This document shows, in pieces, positions 63,842-64,000 of a DNA stretch of 64,000 bases; within the stretch, counting starts at the first letter, position 1; each line of letters opens with the position of its first letter. The position numbers and the translations under genes were made by a program. This DNA is from Batkoa obscura (Eukaryota). Below the pieces are notes generated by a model. It saw only the letters and a list, made by a program, of their open reading frames with translations, had not been told where the DNA came from and made no database searches. The DNA lies in NCBI GenBank assembly GCA_030770535.1, contig JASVEC010000024.1, forward strand, positions 62,001-126,000. The letters are read 5' to 3'.

Positions 63842-64000
63842 ATATGGGGATGTATTTTGTGTTTAAGAATTAGACTAATAGTTTTTCCGCTCAAATAGTG
63901 CTTAAAAGCTAAAAAAGTGATGAAGCTAAAAAAACTTTCATATTTTCATATGGTAAAAGTTTTTTAGCTTCATCACTTTTTTAGCTTTTAAGCACTATTT
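63842..64000. mobile_element. MITE family A copy (63842-63943) followed by an inverted near-identical copy running off the window
   Basis: 63893-63938 is the reverse complement of 63956-64000 apart from one homopolymer length difference. Confidence 0.8.

Noticed and set aside
8855..64000. MITE repeats as a CRISPR array or bacterial REP system
   Set aside because: Copies are dispersed with no regular spacers and no cas genes, and the DNA is eukaryotic.

Overview
AT-rich eukaryotic genomic DNA with short (mostly ~50-70 nt) GT-AG introns and fungal-type genes. The organism is most likely an early-diverging fungus; a Zoopagomycota/Entomophthorales-like assignment is inference only. Conserved genes: RPF1 (3' end), INO1, CYP51/ERG11, pyridoxal kinase, ERG3, a DHA2-type MFS transporter, DNA polymerase eta, VPS74/GOLPH3, a Bet1/Sft1-like SNARE, a PMP3 proteolipid (missed by the ORF track), a Gap1/Sar1-like RasGAP, GUA1, importin-5/PSE1 and a RING-H2 E3. 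Also present: a sphingomyelin-synthase-family enzyme, a secreted class-3 lipase, a secreted tyrosinase, a GNAT and two orphan ORFs. Main signal: six diverged paralogues of a DUF4436-like membrane protein. By eye they carry ordered hallmarks of Cys-less pentameric ligand-gated ion channels (YPFE Pro-loop, M1, M2 'LGVTLLFAL', M2-M3 'P..P.....D', M3), lack M4, and have an N-terminal helix of the same predicted topology as M4. They are a candidate circularly permuted pLGIC-like family in a fungus. Other signals: shared SRE-like/CCAAT motifs upstream of CYP51 and ERG3 inside a lipid-gene neighbourhood, about 18 full copies of a ~105-bp MITE with CpG-decay variation, two larger TIR elements, and a duplicated PIP-like segment and a 21-nt micro-exon in Pol eta. 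All calls are by eye, with no searches run; splice coordinates are manual.
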